Notes under the pieces: model-generated
Databases searched by the model: none
What the model was told of the DNA's origin: nothing
The model's input: the letters and a program-made list of their open reading frames with translations, nothing else
Translations under genes and position numbers: made by a program
Source of the DNA: a phage
Length of the DNA stretch: 64,000 bases
Reading direction: 5' to 3' (one strand)
Assembly (NCBI GenBank): GCA_014161675.1
Contig: GCA_014161675.1_4760.1
Shown: in pieces, positions 35,906 to 44,508 of the stretch
Layout of the letters: every line of letters starts with the position of its first letter
Position numbering within the stretch: position 1 is the first letter of the stretch

Positions 35906-35942
35906 TGATATATCCATTAAGGCAAATACAGGATTCATAAAC

Positions 35943-37184
35943 ATGACTCATATTTTTACTGAACTGTTGCGGGAATCTACTTCCTCAGTAGCTAACCAGA
36001 CAGCGCGACCGCAACTATTATCATTAACTCGCGCGGTAAACAACCTGATTTTCTCTGATCTGGTAGCAATCCAGCCAACGGATCAACCAGTATCTGCATT
36101 GTACGGCCTACGTTATCTTAATCGTGATGGTCAGATGACTTTCCGAACTGCTGCGACCTACGGTGGCGCGGCTGGTGATCGCACAGAGATTGAAGAGTTT
36201 TCAAAAGAAAAATCTTATGACGAAGGCGCACTGTTCAAATCAGACGATGTTGTATACGAAGTTGTGACCGCTGGTACAGTCGGTGAAGATGCCGAAACTC
36301 CAGAAGCTGCAATCTTTAAAGGCGTAATGACAAACAAAATTCGTTTCTATAGCGATTGTGCATCGGTAGAATACTTTGAAGATAAAAACACCGAAATTTC
36401 GTCTACCTCTATGCAGTTTGACAAGTGGCAAGTTAATGTAGGTTCTCGTAAACTGAAAACCTCGTTCACGACCGAATTGATGCAGGATCTTGAGGCAAGC
36501 CAAATCAACTCTGAAAACTCTGTAATTGATCTTCTGGCTACTGTTGCTTCCGAAGAGATCAACAAAGATATTATTCAGAAGTTGATCACTGTATCATCTC
36601 GCTATAAAATTAAAGGGATCACCCCTGATGGCGTACTTTCTCTCGTTAGCGTTCAGGATGCACCAACACAAGCGCGTGAACTTTACCGCTATGCTTGCGA
36701 AATGAGCAATCAAATGTTGCGGACTTCCTCCTTTGCTGGTACATACGTTTTGGCGTCTTCTCGCGTGGTTGGCCTCCTGCAATCTACCGGATGGATGGAA
36801 GAAACCGACAATGCTCTAAGCGAAGGTCGTCTACGTTGCGGTCTGGAAGTGTACGCAGACACGACGACACCTTTCGATTATATGCTCGTTGGTTGTAAGC
36901 ACATGATCGGTGATATGGAGAGTGTAGGTTCTCTGTTCTACTCCCCATATACAGAAGCCGACGGCGCTGGCGCGTATAAGAGCGTAATTGACCCTAATAG
37001 CTTCCAGCATCATGTAGCTATTATGAATCGTTATTCACTATCTGTCAACCCATACACATCAAAAGTTGATCAGGAAGAACACCAGGTCATCAAGGGTGAC
37101 GATTGGGGTAAAATGGCTGGACGTTCAGAAATGTCCTACATTTTAGGAATCGAACTGCCACCGCTTGAGATTGACAACGCTTAA
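35943..37184 (+). CDS. 24: Capsid vertex protein gp24
   Basis: gp23-paralogous vertex protein in conserved position; start placed at MTHIFTELL (35943) downstream of the late promoter rather than the ORF-track start 35877. Confidence 0.85.
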   Translation: MTHIFTELLRESTSSVANQTARPQLLSLTRAVNNLIFSDLVAIQPTDQPVSALYGLRYLNRDGQMTFRTAATYGGAAGDRTEIEEFSKEKSYDEGALFKSDDVVYEVVTAGTVGEDAETPEAAIFKGVMTNKIRFYSDCASVEYFEDKNTEISSTSMQFDKWQVNVGSRKLKTSFTTELMQDLEASQINSENSVIDLLATVASEEINKDIIQKLITVSSRYKIKGITPDGVLSLVSVQDAPTQARELYRYACEMSNQMLRTSSFAGTYVLASSRVVGLLQSTGWMEETDNALSEGRLRCGLEVYADTTTPFDYMLVGCKHMIGDMESVGSLFYSPYTEADGAGAYKSVIDPNSFQHHVAIMNRYSLSVNPYTSKVDQEEHQVIKGDDWGKMAGRSEMSYILGIELPPLEIDNA

Positions 37185-37772
37185 CTAAATATCTAACCAA
37201 GACAAGTCAGATCCGCCCAAGATTTTTTCGACGGCGGATCTATTTTCTTGATGATATAAGTTAAAACATGGTATCCCATGTCTACGGGCAACATAAACAG
37301 CAATTCGAGTTCCTCCCGAAACGATTCCATTAACTTCTTTCGCCCAAAATAACACACAATCTACAGGATCATCAAGTGTCTCACCTAAAACTTGAGCAAC
37401 ATTTCTAGAAAACAGATTTTGCATGTATAACGGTATAGAACGAGGATTATCATAAACTTGTTCTAATTCATCCATCGCCAGATTTTTTTGTTCTAAGGTT
37501 TGCCATGCAATCACATCATGACCGTTATGCTTGTGGTCATAAAACTTCCAATTTGGAATGAAAATTTTTCTATAATCTGGATCGTAATATTTCATGAAAG
37601 CATTGTCCATACCGTAAGCCCCTCCAGAATGCGCTACAACGCGATTTTCTGACAATACCCTCCCAATGGTACTAGCCATTATCAAAATGTCGCTAGGCGC
37701 TTTTCTAGAGCCTATTAAAGCACATCTACGAAGTGGTTTTACTCCAAATAGATCTTGTAACTGGTCAAACAT
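37185..37772 (-). CDS. DprA/Smf-like Rossmann-fold (SLOG-type) protein; occupies the position of T4 rnlB but is unrelated to RNA ligase
   Basis: ALIGSR...VVAHSGGAYGMDNAF and SRN...IVSGGTRIAVYVARRHGIPCFNL resemble DprA motifs (GxR, SGxAxGID, RNR, SGS..TA..A...G.PV). Confidence 0.5.
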   Translation of the reverse strand: MFDQLQDLFGVKPLRRCALIGSRKAPSDILIMASTIGRVLSENRVVAHSGGAYGMDNAFMKYYDPDYRKIFIPNWKFYDHKHNGHDVIAWQTLEQKNLAMDELEQVYDNPRSIPLYMQNLFSRNVAQVLGETLDDPVDCVLFWAKEVNGIVSGGTRIAVYVARRHGIPCFNLYHQENRSAVEKILGGSDLSWLDI

Positions 37773-37892
37773 AATATTTCCTCCATAGAAAGCAATATCA
37801 TACTACAAGTTAATAACAAATACAAGTATCCGCGTAGCGGAAGCGAGCACAGCGAGCAATAAAACACTTCCAGTAATTGATTAATAAATGTT

Positions 37893-37950
37893 CGAAACAA
37901 ATTTTTATTATTCTATAAGATAAGTCTTCGTTTTGATCATAATTTAATCA
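37893..37950. repeat. Intergenic repeat copy B (shares both ends with copy A at 1864..1905)
   Basis: CGAAACAAATTTTTATTATTCTA...CTTCGTTTTG; see also copy C. Confidence 0.6.
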
Positions 37951-38060
37951 TACATGTAAAAACTACACAAAAGGATATCGCTTCGCGAACTCCTACGGAG
38001 TATAACATTTGTGTTACAATATGTAGTGATTAATAATTAACCAAAGATACATTTTCTATG

Positions 38061-38100
38061 TTCTAAAGATCTTTCTTCGTTTTGATCATAATTTAATCAA
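38061..38100. repeat. Intergenic repeat copy C
   Basis: TTCTAAAGATCTTTCTTCGTTTTG identical to copy A core (1883..1905), followed by ATCATAATTTAATCA as in copy B. Confidence 0.6.
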
Positions 38101-38151
38101 ACAGTATTAATATTGTGCACATGTAAACTAAAATTATGTCAATAATAGATA

Positions 38152-38178
38152 CAAAAAAGCCGCCCCGAAGGACGGCTA
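38152..38178 (-). terminator. Rho-independent terminator (minus strand) downstream of ORF 38186..38623
   Basis: Minus-strand AGCCGTCC-uucg-GGGCGGCU followed by U-run. Confidence 0.6.
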
Positions 38179-38185
38179 ATGTTAA

Positions 38186-38623
38186 TTATTTGTTGATAAC
38201 GATCTGATTTCGGCGAATGGTAACATTACTCTTAGAGATGATCAGATCATCCGGCACTACGTTAGTTTTGTATGGTTGGAAGCGAACAAGCATCTGATTG
38301 CGTTTAGACCCTTCCTTAATCTTGATTTCCATCTGGATATTGTTGCCTACGTGAGCAACCGCAATTTCACCTTTATTCTCATAGACCCACTTGCTGGTAA
38401 CGTCTCCAGCAAAAGCCTTAATAACTTGCAATGCTTCGTCGTATGCGGTAGAGCTGTGAACTTTCAGAAGGCCAGCCGTAGCAAGACGGGAGCAGGTGAT
38501 CGCCGGAGATTGCCAAACATCAACATTAATTTGCTCAATCAGAGTAACACCGCCCTGATCAACTGCTTTGAATGCTTCGAACATTGCCTTTTTCATTGCT
38601 ACGTGGTTTTTACGGAATTTCAT
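38186..38623 (-). CDS. Hypothetical protein
   Basis: 145 aa ORF, no recognisable motif. Confidence 0.5.
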   Translation of the reverse strand: MKFRKNHVAMKKAMFEAFKAVDQGGVTLIEQINVDVWQSPAITCSRLATAGLLKVHSSTAYDEALQVIKAFAGDVTSKWVYENKGEIAVAHVGNNIQMEIKIKEGSKRNQMLVRFQPYKTNVVPDDLIISKSNVTIRRNQIVINK

Positions 38624-38669
38624 AATTATTCACCTCTATTGATTAGTTATTCAGAATATTAATTACAAA

Positions 38670-38945
38670 TCAGGACATTGCCCGTTTGAATGCGTCCATT
38701 ATAACAGTGTTATTTGGCATGTCAACACGTTTTTGAACTTTATTTTTAAATTTTTTGTTGATGTGGTGTTTACGATAAACAACCTTTTCACGATTGGCGT
38801 AAGACTCTCGTGCATCTTTTACCATCAACCATGCCTTAGCCGCATCTTGTCCGCTGATCCCGCCAATCTTCTTAGCAATATCAACAAAATTAAGACCGTG
38901 GTCTTCGCGTAGCATGTAAACCATTAACGCTGTTTTCTTGTCCAT
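38670..38945 (-). CDS. Hypothetical small protein, possible helix-turn-helix
   Basis: 91 aa, basic C-terminus; segment LNFVDIAKKIGGISGQDAAKAW is HTH-like. Confidence 0.45.
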   Translation of the reverse strand: MDKKTALMVYMLREDHGLNFVDIAKKIGGISGQDAAKAWLMVKDARESYANREKVVYRKHHINKKFKNKVQKRVDMPNNTVIMDAFKRAMS

Positions 38946-39142
38946 TACTTCGCCTCATTGACGATTAACAGGATAGTGATCAGTACCGGAAACTGGATCA
39001 TGACAGTACCAAAAAACCGGATAAACGCATTTTCTGACTTCCACACATGACATGCGACTAGCTGATAGACCATTGTTGCAACCAAAGCCAGAAAATACAT
39101 CTCGATTGGTGCTTCTTTGATCAATCGTACAATCTCATTCAT
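38945..39142 (-). CDS. Small predicted membrane protein
   Basis: 65 aa with two hydrophobic helices. Confidence 0.45.
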   Translation of the reverse strand: MNEIVRLIKEAPIEMYFLALVATMVYQLVACHVWKSENAFIRFFGTVMIQFPVLITILLIVNEAK

Positions 39143-39262
39143 ACTTCACCTCATACATTCATAAACACAACAACGAATAGGACAGTAACAGTTATTAAAG
39201 CCATTTTCAACCCCATATTCATAATATTTTCCTCATAAGGTAACGCCCTGTTGATGTGTGCC

Positions 39263-39290
39263 ATTATAAGCCACTAAATCACACTGTCAA
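39263..39290 (-). promoter_or_regulatory. Sigma70-type promoter (minus strand) downstream of hoc terminator
   Basis: Minus-strand TTGACA, 16-nt spacer, TATAAT. Confidence 0.55.
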
Positions 39291-39300
39291 GCACTAAAAA

Positions 39301-39327
39301 CAAAAAAGCCACCCCGAAGGATGGCTG
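39301..39327 (-). terminator. Rho-independent terminator (minus strand) after hoc
   Basis: Minus-strand AGCCATCC-uucg-GGGUGGCU followed by U-run; near-copy of the terminators at 38152 and 14359. Confidence 0.65.
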
Positions 39328-39337
39328 ATAGATTTCA

Positions 39338-40552
39338 TTAAGCAGGATGCGTTTCACGAATGCGTAGAACTCGATCTAACGTCTCTCGGTCCAGTTTATG
39401 TAACTCTTTGGACTGATACATGAAACCATTGCGAGATTCCATGCAAGTGCAATCACTATATTTTTCTTCCGCTGCCGCGATTGTCTCCAGATCTTTGGCG
39501 TACTTGCTGGTTGAATAAACTTCTCGGTTACGCCACTCTAACCCAGCCTCATTGAATTTAACAATCTCGTCAAATACCCACCATCCAATGTAGATAAATG
39601 AAGTTTTGCGCCACGGGATCGGGTGTACGTAACGAAACATTTTAACAACTTCCATTGAACATTTTCTACTTGTACTTGTTGCAACTTCTACTGTTTCATC
39701 TTCGATCTGTTGATATAGTTTAGCAACACACCAGAATTTGGCTGTGTCATCGTAAGTAGCACTCTCTTTGAACAGATGACCGTCTGGAGTGATAGAAAAT
39801 CCTTCCAGTGCTTCGCCAACCTCACTACCGATCAGAGTCGGTGACGGTTGCCCTTCGCGCTGCAAATACCAGTTATGTTTGATCGTCAATTCAGGCATAC
39901 CGCTAGAATCGCCTACAATGTTCTCTGACACAACATAATTAAGTAAGATCTCATTACCTAGTGCCACGGTCTTTGATTCCACCACATCCTGATCTACGTT
40001 CATTGTTGCCAGCATGATTTTAGTCGATGCGCTAGCGGCTGAATCTTCCGACTCACCCCACACTTTTACAGTATACACGCCGTTTTTATCTGCTGTAAAT
40101 TCTTGGATCGTAATATCCTTTTTTGTGTCTATAACGTCATCGCCCTTACTCCAACTATAATGTAGTTCATAGTTGTCTGATGGAGTCTTCCCACCCGAAA
40201 ATTTTACTGTTGCATGTAATTCTACGTTTGTTTGTGATGATACGTAGAAATGCTGCGGTTCGGTGATATTTACGATTAATTCAGCTTCTTCCATGAGGAA
40301 AACTTCAGATTCTACTGATGTCATCGTATCGGTATCCTGTACCGTTACTTTATAGCTACCCGCATTTTCACTTGTTGCGTCTGCTACAGTTAGCGTAGCT
40401 GTGCTATTTTCATGCGGTTGGTCGTCTTTTGTCCATGTATATGTCAAATTGCTGGGTAATGGTTCGTCACCCGCTACAGTCGCCGTTAAGGTGAAACCAT
40501 CTCCAGCAAGAAAACATCTTTTGTCAGATTTAATTGATACTGTGAAAGTCAT
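39338..40552 (-). CDS. hoc: Outer capsid decoration protein Hoc (Ig-like domains + capsid-binding C-terminus)
   Basis: Starts MTFTV as T4 Hoc; repeated Ig-like segments (TYTWTKDD...AGSYKVTV); C-terminal YVHPIPWR...IYIGWWV.DEI...ESRNG matches T4 Hoc capsid-binding region. Confidence 0.85.
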   Translation of the reverse strand: MTFTVSIKSDKRCFLAGDGFTLTATVAGDEPLPSNLTYTWTKDDQPHENSTATLTVADATSENAGSYKVTVQDTDTMTSVESEVFLMEEAELIVNITEPQHFYVSSQTNVELHATVKFSGGKTPSDNYELHYSWSKGDDVIDTKKDITIQEFTADKNGVYTVKVWGESEDSAASASTKIMLATMNVDQDVVESKTVALGNEILLNYVVSENIVGDSSGMPELTIKHNWYLQREGQPSPTLIGSEVGEALEGFSITPDGHLFKESATYDDTAKFWCVAKLYQQIEDETVEVATSTSRKCSMEVVKMFRYVHPIPWRKTSFIYIGWWVFDEIVKFNEAGLEWRNREVYSTSKYAKDLETIAAAEEKYSDCTCMESRNGFMYQSKELHKLDRETLDRVLRIRETHPA

Positions 40553-40721
40553 ATAAAGCCACTCCCATAGAAAATCCGAATTTAATTAATTGAAATAGTT
40601 GATTGCCATCAACCAGATAACCATTGCGAGATTCCAATACATGAGTATTAGAATAGTGATGCAACGAGGCCGAAATAGTATCGATCTCGTCTGGGTATTT
40701 GTTCTGTTTGATGTAATACAT
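40530..40721 (-). CDS. Small ORF resembling the Hoc C-terminal segment (partial duplication)
   Basis: KYPDEIDTISASLHHYSNTHVLESRNGYL parallels Hoc KYAKDLETIAAAEEKYSDCTCMESRNGFM; shares an exact 18-nt DNA match AACCATTGCGAGATTCCA with the hoc 3' end. Confidence 0.35.
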   Translation of the reverse strand: MYYIKQNKYPDEIDTISASLHHYSNTHVLESRNGYLVDGNQLFQLIKFGFSMGVALYDFHSIN

Positions 40722-40817
40722 TGATTTTGTTAGACATGTAGTATCCTCTTTTTAATTGCATAACGGAACTACAATTAAAATTATAACAAATATTTCACAA
40801 CTTTTATCACCCAAAAA

Positions 40818-41543
40818 TTACTTGAGTGTGTGGAATTGGCTGTGTTTAGTCTCTCGCACCTTGACAGACCCATCGCGTTTGATATAATAGATCAGTGACT
40901 TGAGGGTGTCGTGTACATACGCGTGCGGGAAACGCTCTGGATACTTCTTCCAATCTGGAGTATTAACGATCCAGTCGAAAATCCACCACGGGCAGGAGTA
41001 GTAACCACGACCGCCACCGATCAAGCAAATGGTCGGACGGAAGCCAGTAAGATCGCAAAATGAATCAGTGTCATGTGCTGGGGAACGATGCTCTGCTTCG
41101 TTAGAGAAAATGTTGGCTACCGGAGATTCCACTTTAACTTCCGGTGCTTCTTCAACATCTGACTTAACTTCTTCGACCACTGGTTCAACTGCCGGAGATT
41201 CTTCTTTTGTTTCTTCAATGACGATCTCAGGTTCTTTCATTGCTTCAACCAGAGACGGATCAACTTCGTCGAATACCACTTTATCATCTGCGGTGTCTGC
41301 TGCCAGAATAAGATCGTTAATACTGGTTCCTTCTGCCGGAGTTTCTTCTTCCATTTCGGAAGCCAGTTTAGTTAATTCTGTTTCTACGAACTCGATCATG
41401 TTCTCTAGCGAGAGCGTCTTTTTGACCTTTATATCAAATTGTTTTGCGTAGTCCGCTAATTCTGTTTTAGCGGCTTTCTGTGATTCTTTGTCGTCGGACG
41501 CCGCAATAGCGCGGAGTTCTTCGAAATATTCTTTATCAAACAT
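40818..41543 (-). CDS. inh: Putative inhibitor of prohead protease (Inh-like), acidic internal protein
   Basis: 241 aa acidic protein immediately upstream of hoc on the same strand, as in T4. Confidence 0.55.
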   Translation of the reverse strand: MFDKEYFEELRAIAASDDKESQKAAKTELADYAKQFDIKVKKTLSLENMIEFVETELTKLASEMEEETPAEGTSINDLILAADTADDKVVFDEVDPSLVEAMKEPEIVIEETKEESPAVEPVVEEVKSDVEEAPEVKVESPVANIFSNEAEHRSPAHDTDSFCDLTGFRPTICLIGGGRGYYSCPWWIFDWIVNTPDWKKYPERFPHAYVHDTLKSLIYYIKRDGSVKVRETKHSQFHTLK

Positions 41544-41570
41544 GTTATTCTCCTGATTGGGGGGTGTTTG

Positions 41571-41578
41571 TATAAATA
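41571..41578 (+). promoter_or_regulatory. T4-type late promoter (TATAAATA) for uvsW
   Basis: Exact TATAAATA ~37 nt upstream of uvsW ATG. Confidence 0.55.
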
Positions 41579-41614
41579 TTTGTATACTGTATTTATTGAG
41601 TGAGGCTATTCGCT

Positions 41615-43117
41615 ATGCAAGATATTAAAATTCACTTTCTGAACTACTCCCATGTTCAAATTGAATGTAGCGATTCAATTTTATTAGAAATGCGAGATTA
41701 TTTTAGTTTTGAAGTCGAGGGAGCGCGGTTTCAAAAAAGATTTAAGTATGGTGGATGGGATGGGCGTATTCGTCTTTTAGATTACAACGGAAAGCTGCCA
41801 ATCGGCCTAACTAAAACCGTGGGAATCTTCGCTAAAAATATGGGCTATAGCGTATGGGTAGATCCTCGCTTATTCGAAAAAGAACAAGTTACAGAAGAAG
41901 AAATTACAAAATGGTGTAATGACTTAGAATTATATTCCGGTGCTAACAGGATCACCCCGCATTGGTATCAATCAAAGGCCGTCTTTGAAGGTATTCATCA
42001 TAAACGCCGTATGTTAGTTTTGCCTACGTCCGCTGGTAAATCTGCGATTGCTTGTATGTTGTCTCGTTGGTACTTAGAGAACTACGAAGGGAAAGTGTTG
42101 ATCATCGTTCCTACCACGTCGCTAGTGCTGCAAATGCGTGATGACTTTGTTGATTATCGCCAGTTTCCTTATGAAGCAATTCATACTATCATGAGCGGTA
42201 CTAGTAAACACGTAGGTGATCGCCTGATCGTTGTTAGTACGTGGCAATCTGCATGTAAACAACCTCGTGAGTGGTTCCAACAATTCGGGATGGTTATTGT
42301 TGACGAATGTCATAAAGCCACTGCTAAAAACCTGCTAAACATCGTTACTGATATGGATCATTGCCAATTTAAGATCGGCATGACTGGTTCCCCTCGTGAC
42401 GGGAAAGCTAACATGATGCAGTATGTCGGGCTTTTCGGTGATATTTCTAAGATCGTGAGTATTGACCGCCTGATGGAAGAAGGCCAGGTGACAAAACTGA
42501 AAATTAACTGTCTTTTCCTTCGTTATACCGATGAGGAATGTAGCGCGGTTAAGGGGCGAGAATATGCGGAAGAGATCAAGTATATTACGTCTAACCCACG
42601 ACGAAATAAGTTTGCTTGTAATTTGGCGCTAAAACTCGCTAAGAAGGGCGAAAACGTATTCCTGATGTTCCGCAATACTAAGCACGGAAAACTTATGTAT
42701 GACGCGTTACAGAAGGTACACGACAAGGTTTATTATATTGACGGTGGAGTTAAGACAGAAGAACGTGATGAATTTAAGAAAATGGCGGAGGGTGACACCG
42801 GGATCATTTGTGTTGCGTCTTATGGTGTGTTCTCTACTGGTGTTTCAATTAAGAATTTGCACCATGTTATTTTCGGTCATCCAGTGAAGGAATCAACTAT
42901 CGTTCGTCAGAGTATCGGTCGTGCATTGCGCAAACATGGTTCTAAGGATATTGCAACGGTCTGGGATCTTATAGATCATCTGGCGGTGAAGACAAAGAGC
43001 AAGAATGCTAAGAAACAGTTTAGTCACCTTAATTATGCTCTTAAACATGCCCTTGAAAGAATAAAAATTTACAACACCGACCGATTTGAATATGTCACGA
43101 AAACCATCGAGATTTAA
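41615..43117 (+). CDS. uvsW: UvsW DNA/RNA helicase (SF2)
   Basis: Strong similarity to T4 UvsW N-terminus (IK(I/V)HF..(Y/F)SHV.I.C..S...E(M/L)RD(Y/F)FSFE); PTSAGKS Walker A, VDECH Walker B; ATG 41615 preferred over GTG 41600. Confidence 0.9.
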   Translation: MQDIKIHFLNYSHVQIECSDSILLEMRDYFSFEVEGARFQKRFKYGGWDGRIRLLDYNGKLPIGLTKTVGIFAKNMGYSVWVDPRLFEKEQVTEEEITKWCNDLELYSGANRITPHWYQSKAVFEGIHHKRRMLVLPTSAGKSAIACMLSRWYLENYEGKVLIIVPTTSLVLQMRDDFVDYRQFPYEAIHTIMSGTSKHVGDRLIVVSTWQSACKQPREWFQQFGMVIVDECHKATAKNLLNIVTDMDHCQFKIGMTGSPRDGKANMMQYVGLFGDISKIVSIDRLMEEGQVTKLKINCLFLRYTDEECSAVKGREYAEEIKYITSNPRRNKFACNLALKLAKKGENVFLMFRNTKHGKLMYDALQKVHDKVYYIDGGVKTEERDEFKKMAEGDTGIICVASYGVFSTGVSIKNLHHVIFGHPVKESTIVRQSIGRALRKHGSKDIATVWDLIDHLAVKTKSKNAKKQFSHLNYALKHALERIKIYNTDRFEYVTKTIEI

Positions 43118-43122
43118 TAAAT

Positions 43123-43147
43123 AGGGGCTTTAATGCCCCTTTATTCT
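43123..43147 (+). terminator. Rho-independent terminator after uvsW
   Basis: AGGGGC-tttaat-GCCCCT followed by TTATTCT. Confidence 0.55.
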
Positions 43148-43160
43148 ACGGAGATTAAAA

Positions 43161-43397
43161 ATGATTAGCTTTAAACGTTTTTTGGTTGAGGCCGCTATTG
43201 ACGGTTTCATGCGTAAGATTTATTCTTGTAATACTATCGAGGGATTAAATGAACTTGAGGCATATTATGAGAAGCGCAAGAAAGAAACAGAATTGAAACC
43301 TGCTGATGATATTTCGATCCGTGATGCCATCGCTGGACGCCGTAAGCAACTGGAAGCGGACAACGAGCCGGAAGAGGAGCCGGAAGAGGATTTTTAA
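43161..43397 (+). CDS. uvsW.1: UvsW.1-like small acidic protein
   Basis: 78 aa ORF directly downstream of uvsW (T4 UvsW.1 ~76 aa). Confidence 0.7.
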   Translation: MISFKRFLVEAAIDGFMRKIYSCNTIEGLNELEAYYEKRKKETELKPADDISIRDAIAGRRKQLEADNEPEEEPEEDF

Positions 43398-43408
43398 GAT
43401 ATAAAAAA

Positions 43409-43427
43409 GCCCCATCATTGATGGGGC
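43409..43427 (-). terminator. Stem-loop terminator (mainly minus strand, end of uvsY transcription unit)
   Basis: GCCCCATCA-t-TGATGGGGC palindrome with A-run upstream (U-run on minus transcript). Confidence 0.55.
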
Positions 43428-43460
43428 AAAATAAACCAATTAAAATCGGTTATCAACAAA

Positions 43461-43637
43461 TTACATTAACAGCATTGTTTGCTCTACGAGTTGTTCTTGT
43501 TCTTCGCCGTTCGCATCTTCACTAATCGAACGTTCTGTTACTAGCTGTAAGCAGTAGCCAGTGTGAACAACGCCGTTTTCTGTCTGGACGGATAACGCAT
43601 CCTCGACAGGTTGTTTACAACAAATACAGATTTTCAT
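43461..43637 (-). CDS. Small Cys-rich protein (58 aa), positional equivalent of T4 uvsY.-2
   Basis: ATG 43635-43637 (minus) preceded by AGGAGG; MKICICCKQP... ; below ORF-track cutoff. Confidence 0.45.
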   Translation of the reverse strand: MKICICCKQPVEDALSVQTENGVVHTGYCLQLVTERSISEDANGEEQEQLVEQTMLLM

Positions 43638-43658
43638 AAAAATTCCTCCTGCATGTAT

Positions 43659-44066
43659 TTAGCGACCAGATTCCAGCATACGCAATTCTATAGCATTCTT
43701 GATCGCAAAGCCACGAGATTTAACGATATCAAGTGCGCGACCAGCAAAATCCATTACCATCTGGTAATATGCAATTTTCGTATCAAGCGGTAAGATCTCG
43801 TCGTCTGCTGCCATGACAACTTTCAATTCTGATTTCTCATATTCAGCACGACACCAGTCATCACTACGGTTAGTGTAAAAATCAAGACGATTTTTCATAG
43901 CCTTTTTCTTTTTAGCCTCAAGAGCAATCGTCTCTCTTTTCGCCTCGCTGTAAATCCTTAACCACTTTGAGTATACTACCGGATTATTCAGCGCCTCCCA
44001 TTGCAACTTAGTCGCATCGATCTTCATGTCAGCTTCTAATTGTTCTTTCAAATCGTTTAGGTCCAT
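43659..44066 (-). CDS. uvsY: UvsY recombination mediator protein
   Basis: 135 aa; KLQ(W/Y)EA.NN, YSKWL, SEL/MK...AD, KSRGFAIK motifs shared with T4 UvsY. Confidence 0.9.
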   Translation of the reverse strand: MDLNDLKEQLEADMKIDATKLQWEALNNPVVYSKWLRIYSEAKRETIALEAKKKKAMKNRLDFYTNRSDDWCRAEYEKSELKVVMAADDEILPLDTKIAYYQMVMDFAGRALDIVKSRGFAIKNAIELRMLESGR

Positions 44067-44113
44067 AATATCCCCTTATTCACACTAAGACCTATATCAT
44101 ATCACACACAAAA

Positions 44114-44500
44114 TCACTTTGCAAGTCTTATGCGTAGTTGTTCAAGATCATCTGGGTTATCTATTACTGAAAAGTAGATTGATACTATGATTGAGTTATC
44201 GTCGTACTGCGGAGTTACTTCTACTGTCAGGTTTCGGACCCGTGGTTCATAGTTTCGGATCGCCTCATTGATGTTTTTTGATAAGGTATCCACCGTCAGT
44301 GGGTTCATGTTCTCAAACAAAGATTTATTGAGATCGCATCCAAACAGTGGATCAAATGGACGAGATCCCTTGCGAGTAGTCACGATCAGTAGAATAGAAT
44401 CCTTAACCGCTTTAATCCCTATGTTCTTTTTAACGTCGTTATTCCACGATCTGGATATATTGAGATCCAAATCAGTATACATCTGATTAATAGTTGCCAT
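44114..44500 (-). CDS. 25: Baseplate wedge protein gp25
   Basis: TTRKGSRPFDP.FGCDL, RNYEPR and FSVIDNPDD.EQ blocks shared with T4 gp25; start taken at internal Met (MATINQ...) by analogy with T4 MANINK. Confidence 0.9.
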   Translation of the reverse strand: MATINQMYTDLDLNISRSWNNDVKKNIGIKAVKDSILLIVTTRKGSRPFDPLFGCDLNKSLFENMNPLTVDTLSKNINEAIRNYEPRVRNLTVEVTPQYDDNSIIVSIYFSVIDNPDDLEQLRIRLAK

Positions 44501-44508
44501 GTTATACC

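Noticed and set aside
35877-35942. ORF-track start of gene 24 at 35877
   Set aside because: That start lies upstream of the TATAAATA late promoter and adds 22 non-conserved residues; the ATG at 35943 gives an N-terminus (MTHIFTELL) consistent with the gp23/gp24 family.
37773-38185. Possible tRNA or other structured RNA gene in the 0.4-kb intergenic region
   Set aside because: No cloverleaf with a T-loop GTTCGAATC-like motif or anticodon stem could be recognised by eye; the region is better explained by repeat copies B and C and a terminator. A covariance-model scan would be needed to rule it out.
41600-41614. GTG start for uvsW at 41600
   Set aside because: The ATG at 41615 yields MQDIKIHF, which aligns with the T4 UvsW N-terminus MDIKVHF.
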